64,000 bases of DNA from Nitrosopumilus sp. (GTDB lineage: Archaea > Thermoproteota > Nitrososphaeria > Nitrososphaerales > Nitrosopumilaceae), in the NCBI GenBank assembly GCA_965238275.1, contig OZ250186.1, forward strand, positions 160,001 through 224,000, in the 5' to 3' direction. The translations under genes and the position numbers were made by a program. The notes beneath the pieces are model-generated. The model was not told the DNA's origin and made no database searches. It saw only the letters and a program-made list of their open reading frames with translations. This document shows, piece after piece, positions 8,882-19,156 of this stretch (position 1 is the stretch's first letter; each line of letters begins with the position of its first letter).

Positions 8882-10127
8882 TACCAACAACGAAAAATTC
8901 ATGCTAAAACTCCCCCAATACCCTGAACCAATAACTCCGTCTGGAAATTAAAACGTCCGTGTGCATGTCCTGGAACCAGACATGGATCTTGGGGTCTGTG
9001 GATTTGGGGTATCGTGCATGGCACACGCTGTCTGCGTGTGTGTTCATCGTGGTTTGATGCCGTCTTAGATAACCCGGTACAGGAAATTTTCAACAACCAG
9101 GTTCGGTTTTTTGTACCTCGTGTATCTGGTGATCGCCTTGCGAAGCATGCTCAGGTTGGTGTATGACACGTCAAGGACTGCCCGCTTGAGATCCCGCCAG
9201 TACGTCTCTATGGCGCTCAGATCCGGGGTTGCAGTCGGCAAGAAGATTATCTCCAGGCCGTCTGTTTTCTCAACCAGTTTGCGTATGTTTGATGCCCTGT
9301 GCTGGGAGGCCCTGTCCATGATCAGGCAGATCTTCCTGAACTTGTATAATGCCTGTTTTAGAAAGTCTTCAAACGTGTCCTTGGTAAACGCGTCGTACTG
9401 TCTGAACATCCTCCTGCCGTCCGTGGTAAGCAGGCCGTGGAGTATCGTCTTGGAGTGTGAGCCGGTGTACGTGAAAAACGCCCGTATTCCCTTCCTGGTG
9501 TAGCCGCGTTTTCGTGGTCTGGCATCGGAGATTACTATGGACTCGTCCTGTATCGCTACGACTGTTCCCTCGTCGTTCTTTTTTTTATAAGATCCGGCAT
9601 CGTCTTTTGGAATTCCCTGATCTCGTCGTCAGGGGCCCTGCGCGCGTGCTTTCCTACAGGAACCTTCTGGGAATAGCCCCAGCTCCGCAGTATGTAGCGT
9701 ACGTGCATGATGTTGTATTTTATTCCGGTCTTCTGTTGGATGTATTCCTGCATCTCCCTGCCCGTCCATACCGTCTTCCTGCATGCGTTCTTCCTGATCC
9801 TCTTCAAGTCTGCCTTGCTCACTGTAGTGGGCCTGCCGGAGCGTGGCATGTCAGCCAGCCTGTCAAATCCAACTTCCAGGTAGCGCTCGTGCCACTTGTA
9901 GCCCCACGAGGCCGACTTTCCCAGGGATTTTGCAGAGTCCCTTATGGTTATTCCGTCACGTTTGATCCTGATGATGAGCATCATGCGGTCCTTGACGTTG
10001 CAGTCATTCTCAGCGGCGTATCTTTTCAGCATCGTCTTGATCTTCATTGACTATACAATTTGGGATGAGTATAACTCCGCACGTGGGAAAAATATTTTAC
10101 AATCACATGAAATTCTATTTGCCGGTA
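8882..10127 (-). mobile_element. IS630-family element, copy 1
   Basis: Imperfect TIRs TACCAACAACGAAAAATTCATG / TACCGGCAAATAGAATTTCATG; TA duplication at 8880-8881 and 10128-10129. Confidence 0.88.
9065..10047 (-). CDS. IS630 transposase (OrfA HTH + OrfB DDE joined by -1 frameshift)
   Basis: RSGRP HTH region; A-run at junction; -1 frame gives QDES...MDRASQH...PDLSAIE. Confidence 0.85.
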
Positions 10128-10160
10128 TAGTAGCAGTGTTGCAATCCCTTTCTGCCTGAT

Positions 10161-11836
10161 AGATCCTATGCAGAATGCGCCTGACGCGGCAAACCATAAA
10201 ATCACGTCCGAACTGCGCTGGGCATGGCCGTATCTGAAAATCCCACCTGCCACATATTTTACAAATTCGTCTTGTTCGTCCATGTGAAAAATCTAGTTTC
10301 CAAGAATGAAAAGCAAGACATGTCCGGCGGATGTGCGGCATCTGTCCACCAGAGCGGCAGATTGTTTCATGGTGAATTGGAGGGGGAGATTCATGCGAAT
10401 CCGAATGCTATGCGCGGCATTTTTGCACTGCTGCATCTTTTACTCCGTCCAGGCGACTCGTGCCGCCCTGCCTCAGAGGCGCGCCCTTTCTTCTGCCAGC
10501 CTCTTGAGAAGGTCCGCGTCCCTGAGTTTTATTTCGTCCCACATCAGATCCTGGTTTACCATTCCTGCAATCGCGTTGAGCTCGTCGTTGTACTCCTCTT
10601 CGGTGCCGTCGTACGGGTCAGTCAGCCTCTTGTACTGCTTCAGGTTCCCTATGACGTGCTCTATGGCCACCCGGGAGCTGTTTACCCTCTGGTTGTAGGC
10701 GCGCTGCTTCTTTGTCAGGCCACCTGTCTTTTTGTCGGCACCAGGCTTTTTCTTGTACGGGTGCCTGATGTGCCATTCTGGATATTCCTCCCTTGTCCCC
10801 TGGTAGCCCTTGTCGGTCAGGACGTCTGGCTTTTCCTTTTCGGGCACGTCCTTCTGGCCCATCCTTGCAGTGATGATTCCAAGGTTTGGCGGATCCTCGT
10901 TGAGCAGGGTCTTGTCGTGGACGCTGCCCGGAACTGTCTTGCTTATCGCAACTATCACGCGGCGCTTGTTGATCACGATGTTGGTGTTGTACGTGTGTGC
11001 CTTCTTCTTGCCAGAGTACGTCTTTTTGCGCCTCTCCTTGTCCGCGGATCTTCTGACCCGGTTGTGCGTGCCGTCCACCATCAGTTCTCCTCCCCTCCTG
11101 CCCGGTATTATCTTCTTGCTCTCCTCAAGCGTCCTGGCCTTTTGTGCAGCCTCGCTGATTTTGCGCGGCGCCGTGTCTATCTCGCCGAGCAGCCTGGTCA
11201 TCAACGGGAGATACCTGGAGACGGTGGCCTGGTCAACGCCAAGCATCGTGGCCAGGGCTTCCTGCGGTATGCTCAGCCTTGACCGAAACAGCCACAGCAG
11301 GTACGCGTGCCTCAGGGGCAGGATGCGCCTGCTTCCGGAGTTTTTTGATCTGCTCCCAACTTCCCAAAAGAGCGCAGTCTCCCCGTTCCGCTCCAAAAGC
11401 TCCTTGAGGCGGTTCAGCGTGTGGTCAAACCTTTCCGGGGTGCGCAGCGTCATGGCGTGCAGGAATTCAGGATATTTTATGATGTCGTCAAGAAACCTAG
11501 ACGTGATGGTCCAGTGGTCAGTCAGGCGTTCCTTGAGGGCCTCGCCCTTCTGCCGGTCTGTCCTGCGTGCCTCCCTGAGGGCCCTGATCCTCTGCCTGTG
11601 GAGTTCTCCTGATTCCCTGAGCGACTCGTTTTCCTGCCGTATTCTCTGCACGATCGGTTCTGCCAGCATTGCCATCACGGTGTGGCGTAAAGACCACCGA
11701 TCTTAATGTTTCGGTTGCCGTTCCTGGATTTCCATGTTTTACGGTTCTGTGAATATTCGACTGCATGTGGTGCTGCATGTAGGAATAACCCAGTTTAATT
11801 CAGTTTTTTAGGTCAGGCACATTCTGCATGAGATCT
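10161..11836 (-). mobile_element. IS5-family (DDE_Tnp_4/ISL2-like) element
   Basis: 25-bp TIRs AGATCCTATGCAGAATGCGCCTGAC / AGATCTCATGCAGAATGTGCCTGAC (22/25); 3-bp GAT duplication at 10158-10160 and 11837-11839. Confidence 0.88.
10473..11678 (-). CDS. IS5-family transposase (HTH + DDE_Tnp_4)
   Basis: LATMLGVDQATVSR HTH; VDGT, YSGKKK, GSVHD, DKGYQG, RVAIEHVIGNLK. Confidence 0.88.
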   Translation of the reverse strand: MMAMLAEPIVQRIRQENESLRESGELHRQRIRALREARRTDRQKGEALKERLTDHWTITSRFLDDIIKYPEFLHAMTLRTPERFDHTLNRLKELLERNGETALFWEVGSRSKNSGSRRILPLRHAYLLWLFRSRLSIPQEALATMLGVDQATVSRYLPLMTRLLGEIDTAPRKISEAAQKARTLEESKKIIPGRRGGELMVDGTHNRVRRSADKERRKKTYSGKKKAHTYNTNIVINKRRVIVAISKTVPGSVHDKTLLNEDPPNLGIITARMGQKDVPEKEKPDVLTDKGYQGTREEYPEWHIRHPYKKKPGADKKTGGLTKKQRAYNQRVNSSRVAIEHVIGNLKQYKRLTDPYDGTEEEYNDELNAIAGMVNQDLMWDEIKLRDADLLKRLAEERARL

Positions 11837-12895
11837 GATGTTTATGGCAGCATTGTGGTCCCTGCCCAAGACTAGACCGCAGGAATCGCAAACGTGCGTT
11901 CTTTGTGTCAGGGTTTTTTTGATTATCTTGCCGCAGCCTGAACATCCCTGGCTTGTCTGGTGCGGTGGTACCTTGCGAAACAGAATACCAGCGTTTGCAG
12001 CTTTGTATTCCAGTTTTTGAAAAAACGAGTACCATGATGCGTTTGAGATTGATTTTGCAAGTTTGTGGTTTTTCAGCATGTTTTGTATGCTGAGATCCTC
12101 GACGAATATGGTGTCGTATTTGTCAACGTACGCCCTTGATGCCTTGTGCTCAAGGTCACGCCGCTGGTTTGCTATCTTCTTGTGGATGGCAGCAAGCCTG
12201 TTTTTCTGCTTGTGCCTGTTGGAAGAGCCTTTGGTCTTTCCTGACAGGCGTCGTTGCGCCCTTTTGAGTTTCTTTTCTGACTTTTTCAGGAACTGTGGAT
12301 TGTCAATCTTGTGGCCGTCAGAATCACATGCAAAGTTGGTCAGGCCAACGTCAATGCCGACTATTTTCTTTCTTTCCAGTGAGCACCTGTCAGTCAGCAG
12401 CACGTCCTCACAGACTGCAGTCGCAGACCATTTGCCTGTAAGATCCTTTTTCACTACGACACCCTTTGTCTTTCCGGCTGTTTTGCGGTGGATCACGCAC
12501 TTGATCTTGCCGATTTTTGAGAGTTTCAGGGTGTCGTCTGGCAGAAAACAGAACCCGGACTGGTTGTAGTTTATGCTCCTGTGCCTTGATCCTGGCTTGA
12601 ATCGTAACCTGCCAATTTTTTTGCCCTTCTTTGATGCCGAAGACAGGACCTTGATGTTGTTATAGAACTGCCACAGAACCATCTGAGCCGCCTTGCTGTA
12701 CAATGGCGTATTTTTAGGAACCATGGCAGGAATCATCCTTTGCATCTCGTCAAATTTCATCTTGTGCCCTTCCTTGTATGCCAAACGTGATTCGTATACA
12801 AAGTCATTGTACAGCCTGCGGCACGCCTCCAAGGACTCGTCCATACGTGCCTGTTGTGTTTTTGTCGGATACGGGCGAAACTTGAAACTCTTCAT
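11813..12895 (-). CDS. tnpB: RNA-guided endonuclease TnpB; last codons replaced by IS5 TIR sequence
   Basis: KFRPYP N-terminus, GIDVG (RuvC I), FVEDL (RuvC II), CxxC/CxxC finger, RDHNAAINI (RuvC III). Confidence 0.9.
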   Translation of the reverse strand: MKSFKFRPYPTKTQQARMDESLEACRRLYNDFVYESRLAYKEGHKMKFDEMQRMIPAMVPKNTPLYSKAAQMVLWQFYNNIKVLSSASKKGKKIGRLRFKPGSRHRSINYNQSGFCFLPDDTLKLSKIGKIKCVIHRKTAGKTKGVVVKKDLTGKWSATAVCEDVLLTDRCSLERKKIVGIDVGLTNFACDSDGHKIDNPQFLKKSEKKLKRAQRRLSGKTKGSSNRHKQKNRLAAIHKKIANQRRDLEHKASRAYVDKYDTIFVEDLSIQNMLKNHKLAKSISNASWYSFFQKLEYKAANAGILFRKVPPHQTSQGCSGCGKIIKKTLTQRTHVCDSCGLVLGRDHNAAINIRSHAECA

Positions 12896-13224
12896 TTCTG
12901 CCCCTCCACGTTGTTATTGGTGGCATGGTTGTGAGTCGAGACAAAACCACACATGTTTGTTATACGTGTGCGTTGAATATAACCCGCATGGCAGTTGCAT
13001 TGTTCGCTTTCATCCAACCCATGAATGGTGTGGGATTTCCCGCTCATGTGTTAAATTATTTCATAACAGATTTTCTAAACTCATCCGGATCTGCCGGTGT
13101 ATTTCAAGGCGTCGTGTTTGTTCATCATTTTCGCCTCCGCTCGATGCATATTCCAACCCCAAATGATGGCGGTTATCTGCCCAAGCAATATTCGGTTTAT
13201 ATATCATAAGGCGTAAGTTATTTT

Positions 13225-13624
13225 ATGGATTTGGTTGGAATGTACATGTTAAACACTCCAGAATACAGTGAAGAAAAAATTGAGGAGGCGCTTGAGATGC
13301 TATTCGGTTTATACGCGGATACAGCTGTACGCGGATAGAAAAAACGAGTTCCGTGAGCTGTCCGAGGCACTCTTGGAGGAAAAGAAACTAAGTAAAATGT
13401 CAAACTGGAGGCAATTTGTTTTGAATTTTTGTTTGGACGTGAGTGATGCTTTTAAGACATGGACCAGCCAAAGGTCACCGTCTCCAGCATCCCCGCAAAA
13501 GGCTCTGACTATTTTAAGACAAATTGGGAATGATTTGATATCGATGAATCAGCTTACCAAAATACTAAACACCGCATATGATATCTCCGAAGAGTTCAAG
13601 GCGATCTACAATCGTATAAAATAA
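13225..13624 (+). pseudogene. Hypothetical protein frameshifted by a 25-bp insertion at 13302-13326
   Basis: Removing the insert gives continuous MDLVGMYMLNTPEYSEEKIEEALEML-YADRKNEFRELSEALL...AIYNRIK*. Confidence 0.6.
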
Positions 13625-14018
13625 TTTTTAAGGCAGACATCGGGGCCTGGTTTCCAAATTAGTCCATTTGTGCCATACCTTTACTCAAAACGCCCATTTC
13701 CTGTAACGTAGTGATTATTAGCTGATAGGAAATAGTATTTTTGGGTATTTAGGATGTGGGCAAAAATTAGTCAGAAATTGGGATTATGTCTCATTTTTTG
13801 TTACTGCGTCATCGTCATCATTTTGCATTTTGTCTGTGCCAATGCTGCCAAGATTTGGGTTGAGAACAGGATTCAATCTAAGTGGCTTGGACGCTTGAAA
13901 TGTCCACAGGAATGCCAGGCAATGATAGAATCCATACGCGGCAGCAGACAGTGTCTTGCCAGTTTTTCCGTCCGGGTTCATAGCTACAAAAAAATACGGG
14001 GAGTCTGCAGAAGCCATA

Positions 14019-14327
14019 ATGGACAGAATCAAAGTTGGAAAGGCATCAGACATTCCTCCGGGAAGCATGGTAAAGGCATCAGTTAACGGCCTGGACATCA
14101 TGATTGCAAACATCGACGGGGAGTACTGCGCCGTAGACGATACGTGCACGCATGCAGGGGCAAGCCTCTCAGAGGGCGCGCTGGACGGATGTACCGTTAC
14201 ATGCGGCTGGCACGGGGCCCAGTTTGAGTGCAAGACGGGGAAGATGAGCAAGTTTCCAGTCAAGATAAGGGATCTTACGTCATATGCAGTCAAGGTGGAG
14301 TCAGGTGACGTATTTGTGGAGATGTAA
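14019..14327 (+). CDS. Rieske [2Fe-2S] ferredoxin
   Basis: CTHAG...CGWHG Rieske ligands. Confidence 0.9.
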   Translation: MDRIKVGKASDIPPGSMVKASVNGLDIMIANIDGEYCAVDDTCTHAGASLSEGALDGCTVTCGWHGAQFECKTGKMSKFPVKIRDLTSYAVKVESGDVFVEM

Positions 14328-14353
14328 CTATATACTCAGGGACATCAGGATAG

Positions 14354-14632
14354 TTGGTAGCAATGGCAAGCAGTGAACATAACAAGGAGTCAATGAGGGA
14401 CGCAATCGAGACGCTAAACCAGATCGCCTCAAACAACTCCACTCCAAAGACGATAAAAAAGTCAGTCGCAGACCTGGTCACGGAGCTAAAGAGCGACGAG
14501 TACTCGCTGTCTGTAAGGGCCGCAAACACCATAAGCCTGCTGGACGATGTCACGCAGGATCCCAACATGCCATCATACGTCAGGACACAGCTGTGGCAGG
14601 CAGTATCAAAGCTCGAAAGCATCAGGGAATAG
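14354..14632 (+). CDS. UPF0147 family protein
   Basis: VRAANTISLLDDVTQDPNMPSYVRTQLWQAVSKLE. Confidence 0.85.
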   Translation: MVAMASSEHNKESMRDAIETLNQIASNNSTPKTIKKSVADLVTELKSDEYSLSVRAANTISLLDDVTQDPNMPSYVRTQLWQAVSKLESIRE

Positions 14633-14761
14633 AACCTCATACCCAGAATTTCGTTTTGGCACCACACATGAGACAGGACGTCCTTGCACGCCGCACCCCA
14701 TGGAATCCTAGGCAGAACCTCACAAGGGAATAAATTTCAGGATGCAACAACACCACCACCG

Positions 14762-15511
14762 TTGAAAATAGAAGAGTACCTCCAGACGCTGCCAGAGAAC
14801 CTGCTTAGCGGGGAGGACATACGGGTGTCAGACAGGATGCTAAGGGAGATCTTTCGGTTTGTGGATCTGGGTCCAGGCGACGTCTTTTATCATCTGGGGT
14901 GCGGGGATGCAAGGAGTGCGTGCATTGCGACAGACGAGTTCCAGGCGGCAAGGGCCGTTGGAGTAGACAGCAGTGCAGAGAAGATACGCCTTGCACAGGC
15001 CAATCTTGGGGACAGGGTACAGATGGTGTGCAGTGATGTCAGGGAGGCAGACATCTCAGATGCCACGGTGGTGCTTTTCTGGTTTGCAGACGAGGATGTC
15101 ACAGATGCCATGATGGAAAGATTTGAGACGCTGAGTCCCGGAACCAGGGTGGTAACCGTGTGGGGCCCGCTGCCTGGATGCCTTCCGGACGGCGTGAGAT
15201 TTCCGTACATCATCAACAGGGCGCCGTTCAGGAAGGCTGCAAGCGTCCAGGAGCAGGTGCTTGCAGTGTTTGGGGTAAAGTGTGTGGATTTTGTCACGGC
15301 CTGGGAGTTTGCCGAGAGGTACACAAAGGCCACAGGCTCGCCTGATGTAAAGAATGACAGGTTTCTGACCATCATACAGACGCTGGTGATATGGACTAAT
15401 GCAAAAAGGCTCGGCGTTGCATGCGGGGACGAGGTGCCAGAACCCATCAGGACGTACGTCAAGCTCATGAAGATGAACTTTGACATAGACTTTGAGCACC
15501 TGTTGGAGTGA
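14762..15511 (+). CDS. Class I SAM-dependent methyltransferase
   Basis: FYHLGCGDAR motif I; TTG start at 14762. Confidence 0.8.
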   Translation: MKIEEYLQTLPENLLSGEDIRVSDRMLREIFRFVDLGPGDVFYHLGCGDARSACIATDEFQAARAVGVDSSAEKIRLAQANLGDRVQMVCSDVREADISDATVVLFWFADEDVTDAMMERFETLSPGTRVVTVWGPLPGCLPDGVRFPYIINRAPFRKAASVQEQVLAVFGVKCVDFVTAWEFAERYTKATGSPDVKNDRFLTIIQTLVIWTNAKRLGVACGDEVPEPIRTYVKLMKMNFDIDFEHLLE

Positions 15512-15593
15512 TTCTGGGAATCGCCGGCATTCGGATCCTGTGACAGTCCTGCCAGATATTCATCCCAGATGCAAAAACCAGGTACGGTATGTT

Positions 15594-17342
15594 CTAGGAT
15601 TTTCCGTCTCGTATCCTCGCCTCGGCATTATCGGTGTGTATCGGTATCGGTACTGACTTGAGCCCCGTGGCATCATGGCTGACAACCAGCCAGTCACCCT
15701 TTTGGAACTTGAAGGTCTCCTGCAGGATGTCCGGGGTTGTGCCAAATGCGTCTATCACCCTCTGCCGGTCCGATATCCTTGGCAGCTTGCTGATAAAGTA
15801 GGTATGCGGCTGCGCCATTATGCTGGTATTCAGGTAGGTGACCCTCTGCGTTGCAATCAGCACACCCAGGCCAAACTTCCTGCCCCTTCTTGCCAGGGTC
15901 TCGACTGCTGCAGTGGATGTTTCGTATGTGCCGGTGGCGTTCTGCGGAATAAACTCGTCTGCCTCGTCAAACACAAACAAGGTAAGCGGCAGGTGCAGTC
16001 CGCTCTTTCGCCTCTCAGAGTATACGCTGTGCCTGGAGTCGGCAGCAATGTCGTAGGCAAACCGGCGTATCTCGTCTTCGTTCTCCCCCTGGATTATGTA
16101 AAGGGACGCACCCTTTCCTCCGCTGACAAGGGGATCCACCAGATCCTTGTTCCTGTCCACCTTGAACTCCTCTAGTGGTTCAAAAAAGTCAGCAGAGTTT
16201 GCGGCTGCTGCAATCCACGCCTCCAGCAGTGTCTGGGAGCCTGATTTTTGCGCAAGGCGGGATTTGTTTTTGAGATGGTCTGTCAGGGCGTTCAGATTGT
16301 CCCGGGTAAACGGCATGGCTCCGAATATCTGATAGATCTCCTTTGTGATCCTCTTGGATTCCATGGAGACGTAATGTTCCGGGGTATGCTCGTCCAGAAA
16401 CTGGCCTATCGTTGAATGCTTCTGCACATGCAGCCGTATCTTTCCTGCAGAGAACAGTCTTGAAAAGATCTCTTTGTACCTCTGCTTCATGGCGGGGTTT
16501 CGCAGCGGGGCAGGCATGTGCATGCTGCCGATAAACGCATCCCGGGCGCCTGCCAGATCCTTCCTGTCAGTAAGATACTGCCTGACCTGCATGGGGAGCG
16601 AGTCCCTCCCAAGAAAGCACATGTAACCATTCACCCTGTCCAGCACGTCTGCAAGCAGCGCGGTGTACTCTCCCATCAGATCAAATATGACCACGTTTAC
16701 CGGTATGGGGTTCTTCTCCAGAAGCTTGTGCACCAGCGTGCTGACAAGGTTTGACTTCCCGGTGCCGGTGTACCCGAACACCCCGATGTGCGTCCGGACC
16801 ATGTCCTCGACTTGCAGGTCTATATCCACGCCACCCTTTTGGATGTGCCCGACAGTCATGGTCTTGTCATCCAGGCCGCTGTTGAAGATCATTCCCACGA
16901 GATCGGCACCCAGAATTCTGGCAGGTCCGCCAAACATGGGCATCTGCGACTCCTCCCGGATGCGCAGGTCAGGATCCTCTACAAGTTCTTGTCCCGTATG
17001 GGTGGCACTCACCTTGATCTTTGTGGTCTCCTCAGAAGAGACGTCGTCTTGGCTCAGAAAATCCTTGTACACCTCGTCCCGGGTCTTTTCAAGAAACACG
17101 GGGTATCCTGACATCTGGTCCCCCGCCGTGGCATAGTGAAAGGGCATAACCGAGGTGATGCTCAGGATGCTGTAGTGTTTGTCCCCGTGCGAGTATGAAA
17201 AGCTGGGCACGGATATGAGATCCCCTGCCTTCAGCTCGTTCATCAGCTTTCTGGTATAGTCAAACCATACCGTGTACACGTATCCGTGGTTCTCGTCAAA
17301 TCCGACATCCATCAGCCTGCCGGTCTCTTCGCGGAACGTCAC
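15594..17342 (-). CDS. HerA/FtsK-family ATPase (DUF87) with N-terminal HAS-barrel-like region
   Basis: Walker A GYTGTGKS, Walker B FVFDEAD, RRGRKFGLG, ATQR; GTG start overlapping nurA stop (GTGA) after AGGAGG. Confidence 0.85.
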   Translation of the reverse strand: MTFREETGRLMDVGFDENHGYVYTVWFDYTRKLMNELKAGDLISVPSFSYSHGDKHYSILSITSVMPFHYATAGDQMSGYPVFLEKTRDEVYKDFLSQDDVSSEETTKIKVSATHTGQELVEDPDLRIREESQMPMFGGPARILGADLVGMIFNSGLDDKTMTVGHIQKGGVDIDLQVEDMVRTHIGVFGYTGTGKSNLVSTLVHKLLEKNPIPVNVVIFDLMGEYTALLADVLDRVNGYMCFLGRDSLPMQVRQYLTDRKDLAGARDAFIGSMHMPAPLRNPAMKQRYKEIFSRLFSAGKIRLHVQKHSTIGQFLDEHTPEHYVSMESKRITKEIYQIFGAMPFTRDNLNALTDHLKNKSRLAQKSGSQTLLEAWIAAAANSADFFEPLEEFKVDRNKDLVDPLVSGGKGASLYIIQGENEDEIRRFAYDIAADSRHSVYSERRKSGLHLPLTLFVFDEADEFIPQNATGTYETSTAAVETLARRGRKFGLGVLIATQRVTYLNTSIMAQPHTYFISKLPRISDRQRVIDAFGTTPDILQETFKFQKGDWLVVSHDATGLKSVPIPIHTDNAEARIRDGKS

Positions 17343-19156
17343 TTGAACCTCCTCTTTGCCCGAACAGACGTAGACCACGGCTTCATGTAGTGGCTGTCCA
17401 TCATGGTGCTGCTCTGGATCATCGGTTGCACCATCCTGGCAAATGTCTTGGCTCCAAGGTCTGCCTTGTGCAGCGGTTCTGGATACCCCATGACATCAGG
17501 GAACCTGTTGGAGGCAGTACTGTAAAGGAACAGCGTCACAAAATCCAGAACGGGATTGGCCACGGTGTTGTCAACATCTACAAACGGGCGGACATCTAGG
17601 GTCGCCTCGGCTGCCTGGGCGCAAATCGGATGTTTGCCGGTCTTCTCCGAGTCAAACTCGGGCAAAAGCACTCTGTCTACGAACAGTCCGTGGTTGAATA
17701 TTGTCTTTCCCTTCTGCCTGACAAGGTACAGCATGGTCAGGTGCCTTGCAAACATTCTCTCGGTGGTTGGTATGGTCCTGATGGCGATTCTCTGGGGGTC
17801 GGTTCTGGAGGTCAGGTAGAGTGTCTGGAAGACCGAATCATACTCTATGGTGGTCCACGGCGCATCAAGACTGGCATCTGCAATCTGCAGGCGCTCCATT
17901 GCCAGCCGGTCCGACCACAGCAGGCCGCGCAGATCAGATATTTCATAGTCTGAATAGTGTCCCTCCTTTCTCATCACCCCAAGATAGTTTCTGGTAAAGT
18001 ACTTTGATGCCGAGTCCTTTACGACGCCGACTGCCAGGATGTGCTTTTCCCAGCACACCTCAATCATTCTCCGAAGCAGGGTCGATATCATAAAGCCGAT
18101 GTCTGCAGCAGTGATCCATCTTCCCGAGTATGTCATGGCTGCAACATCCCTGTCCCGGAACAGCCGGGTGCACAGGTTTACGACCAGCCCCACCACAAAC
18201 CCCCAGGAATCCTCATGCCTCGGGTTGAGGCTTACGACATCCGTTGACGGGTCGTGGTACAGGCAGCCGGGATGTGTTGTGCCATCAGGAGTCTCAGTCT
18301 CCCCCATGAACTGCTCAAGCACGCGCCTTACCTGGGATTCTGGCTGGCCAAGCAGCGTGGCAATGCCGGACACCCTGGCCTCCCGGTCAGGGGAGGAGAA
18401 TACCTCATAGAGCATGCGGCTTGGTATGTTGAAGAATCCCCCCGACTTTGAGGGAATCTCAAGCATGGAATTGTACGGGTGGGATCGGCAGATGATGGCG
18501 TCTGCCATTGTCAGCTGCCGGCCATCATACTCGTAGGAGTGGTTTACCATCGGAATTTCGTTGATTGGAGGGGTGTGCCAGTGCAGCGCACCGCTGAGAG
18601 TCTGATCCCAGAGCAGTATGTTCGGGGGTCTGTCAGATGTAACCTCGCTGTACAAAAGGTAGACTTCTGCCAGTATCATCAGCCTGTTGTGTATGTCGGT
18701 CATTGAAAACTGGCTCTGGTCGTCAAGGGTTATGCCAGATATCCCGTCGAGTTCTGCAAACGGAACCGGAACATATGCAACCATGCTCAGCTCGTCATTG
18801 AGGTTGCGCTTTTCATACATGACAGAGTCGGTGCCGTCAAGCAGGAACGTGCCCCTGACCCCGTACGAGGCTGCAAAGAACACGGCGTACTCTTCAAGCT
18901 GAATCTTCTCAGATGTCCCGTCCACTGCCACAAACGCAGGACTGTCTGTTCCAAAAAAGTCCCGGAACCTCTCCAGCAGGTTTCCCTTCCATTCCCGGTC
19001 TGCCATCTGGTCCTTGTACCTTCTGACCAGCCGGTTCAGGAATGTGTCGTAAAACTCATCAGTCCTGCCGCTGCAGGAGTCGTATATTCCGCGCTGCCTG
19101 TCCTGTGAGGCTGCAAGCGCCTGGCTATATTTGGCAAACGTCTCAGACAGGCTCAC
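17339..19156 (-). CDS. Long NurA-domain nuclease with central insertion
   Basis: VAVDGT, LAE, LLWD, GVVKDS, GYPEPLHKAD NurA motifs. Confidence 0.8.
   Translation of the reverse strand: MSLSETFAKYSQALAASQDRQRGIYDSCSGRTDEFYDTFLNRLVRRYKDQMADREWKGNLLERFRDFFGTDSPAFVAVDGTSEKIQLEEYAVFFAASYGVRGTFLLDGTDSVMYEKRNLNDELSMVAYVPVPFAELDGISGITLDDQSQFSMTDIHNRLMILAEVYLLYSEVTSDRPPNILLWDQTLSGALHWHTPPINEIPMVNHSYEYDGRQLTMADAIICRSHPYNSMLEIPSKSGGFFNIPSRMLYEVFSSPDREARVSGIATLLGQPESQVRRVLEQFMGETETPDGTTHPGCLYHDPSTDVVSLNPRHEDSWGFVVGLVVNLCTRLFRDRDVAAMTYSGRWITAADIGFMISTLLRRMIEVCWEKHILAVGVVKDSASKYFTRNYLGVMRKEGHYSDYEISDLRGLLWSDRLAMERLQIADASLDAPWTTIEYDSVFQTLYLTSRTDPQRIAIRTIPTTERMFARHLTMLYLVRQKGKTIFNHGLFVDRVLLPEFDSEKTGKHPICAQAAEATLDVRPFVDVDNTVANPVLDFVTLFLYSTASNRFPDVMGYPEPLHKADLGAKTFARMVQPMIQSSTMMDSHYMKPWSTSVRAKRRFK

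Larger units (their letters stand above)
8761..13050 (-). mobile_element. IS200/IS605-family (tnpB-only) element, interrupted by two nested IS
   Basis: Right end with hairpin GAAGCCAACGGCTTTAGTCGTTGGTAGTTCAC (8761-8792 on minus); left-end hairpin-like sequence ~13011-13050 preceded on minus strand by TTTAA (candidate TAM); tnpB inside. Confidence 0.8.

Noticed and set aside
10224-11706. Long antisense ORFs (352 and 298 aa) over the IS5 transposase and similar shadow ORFs throughout
   Set aside because: Opposite-strand shadows of well-supported genes in GC-rich DNA, with no motifs
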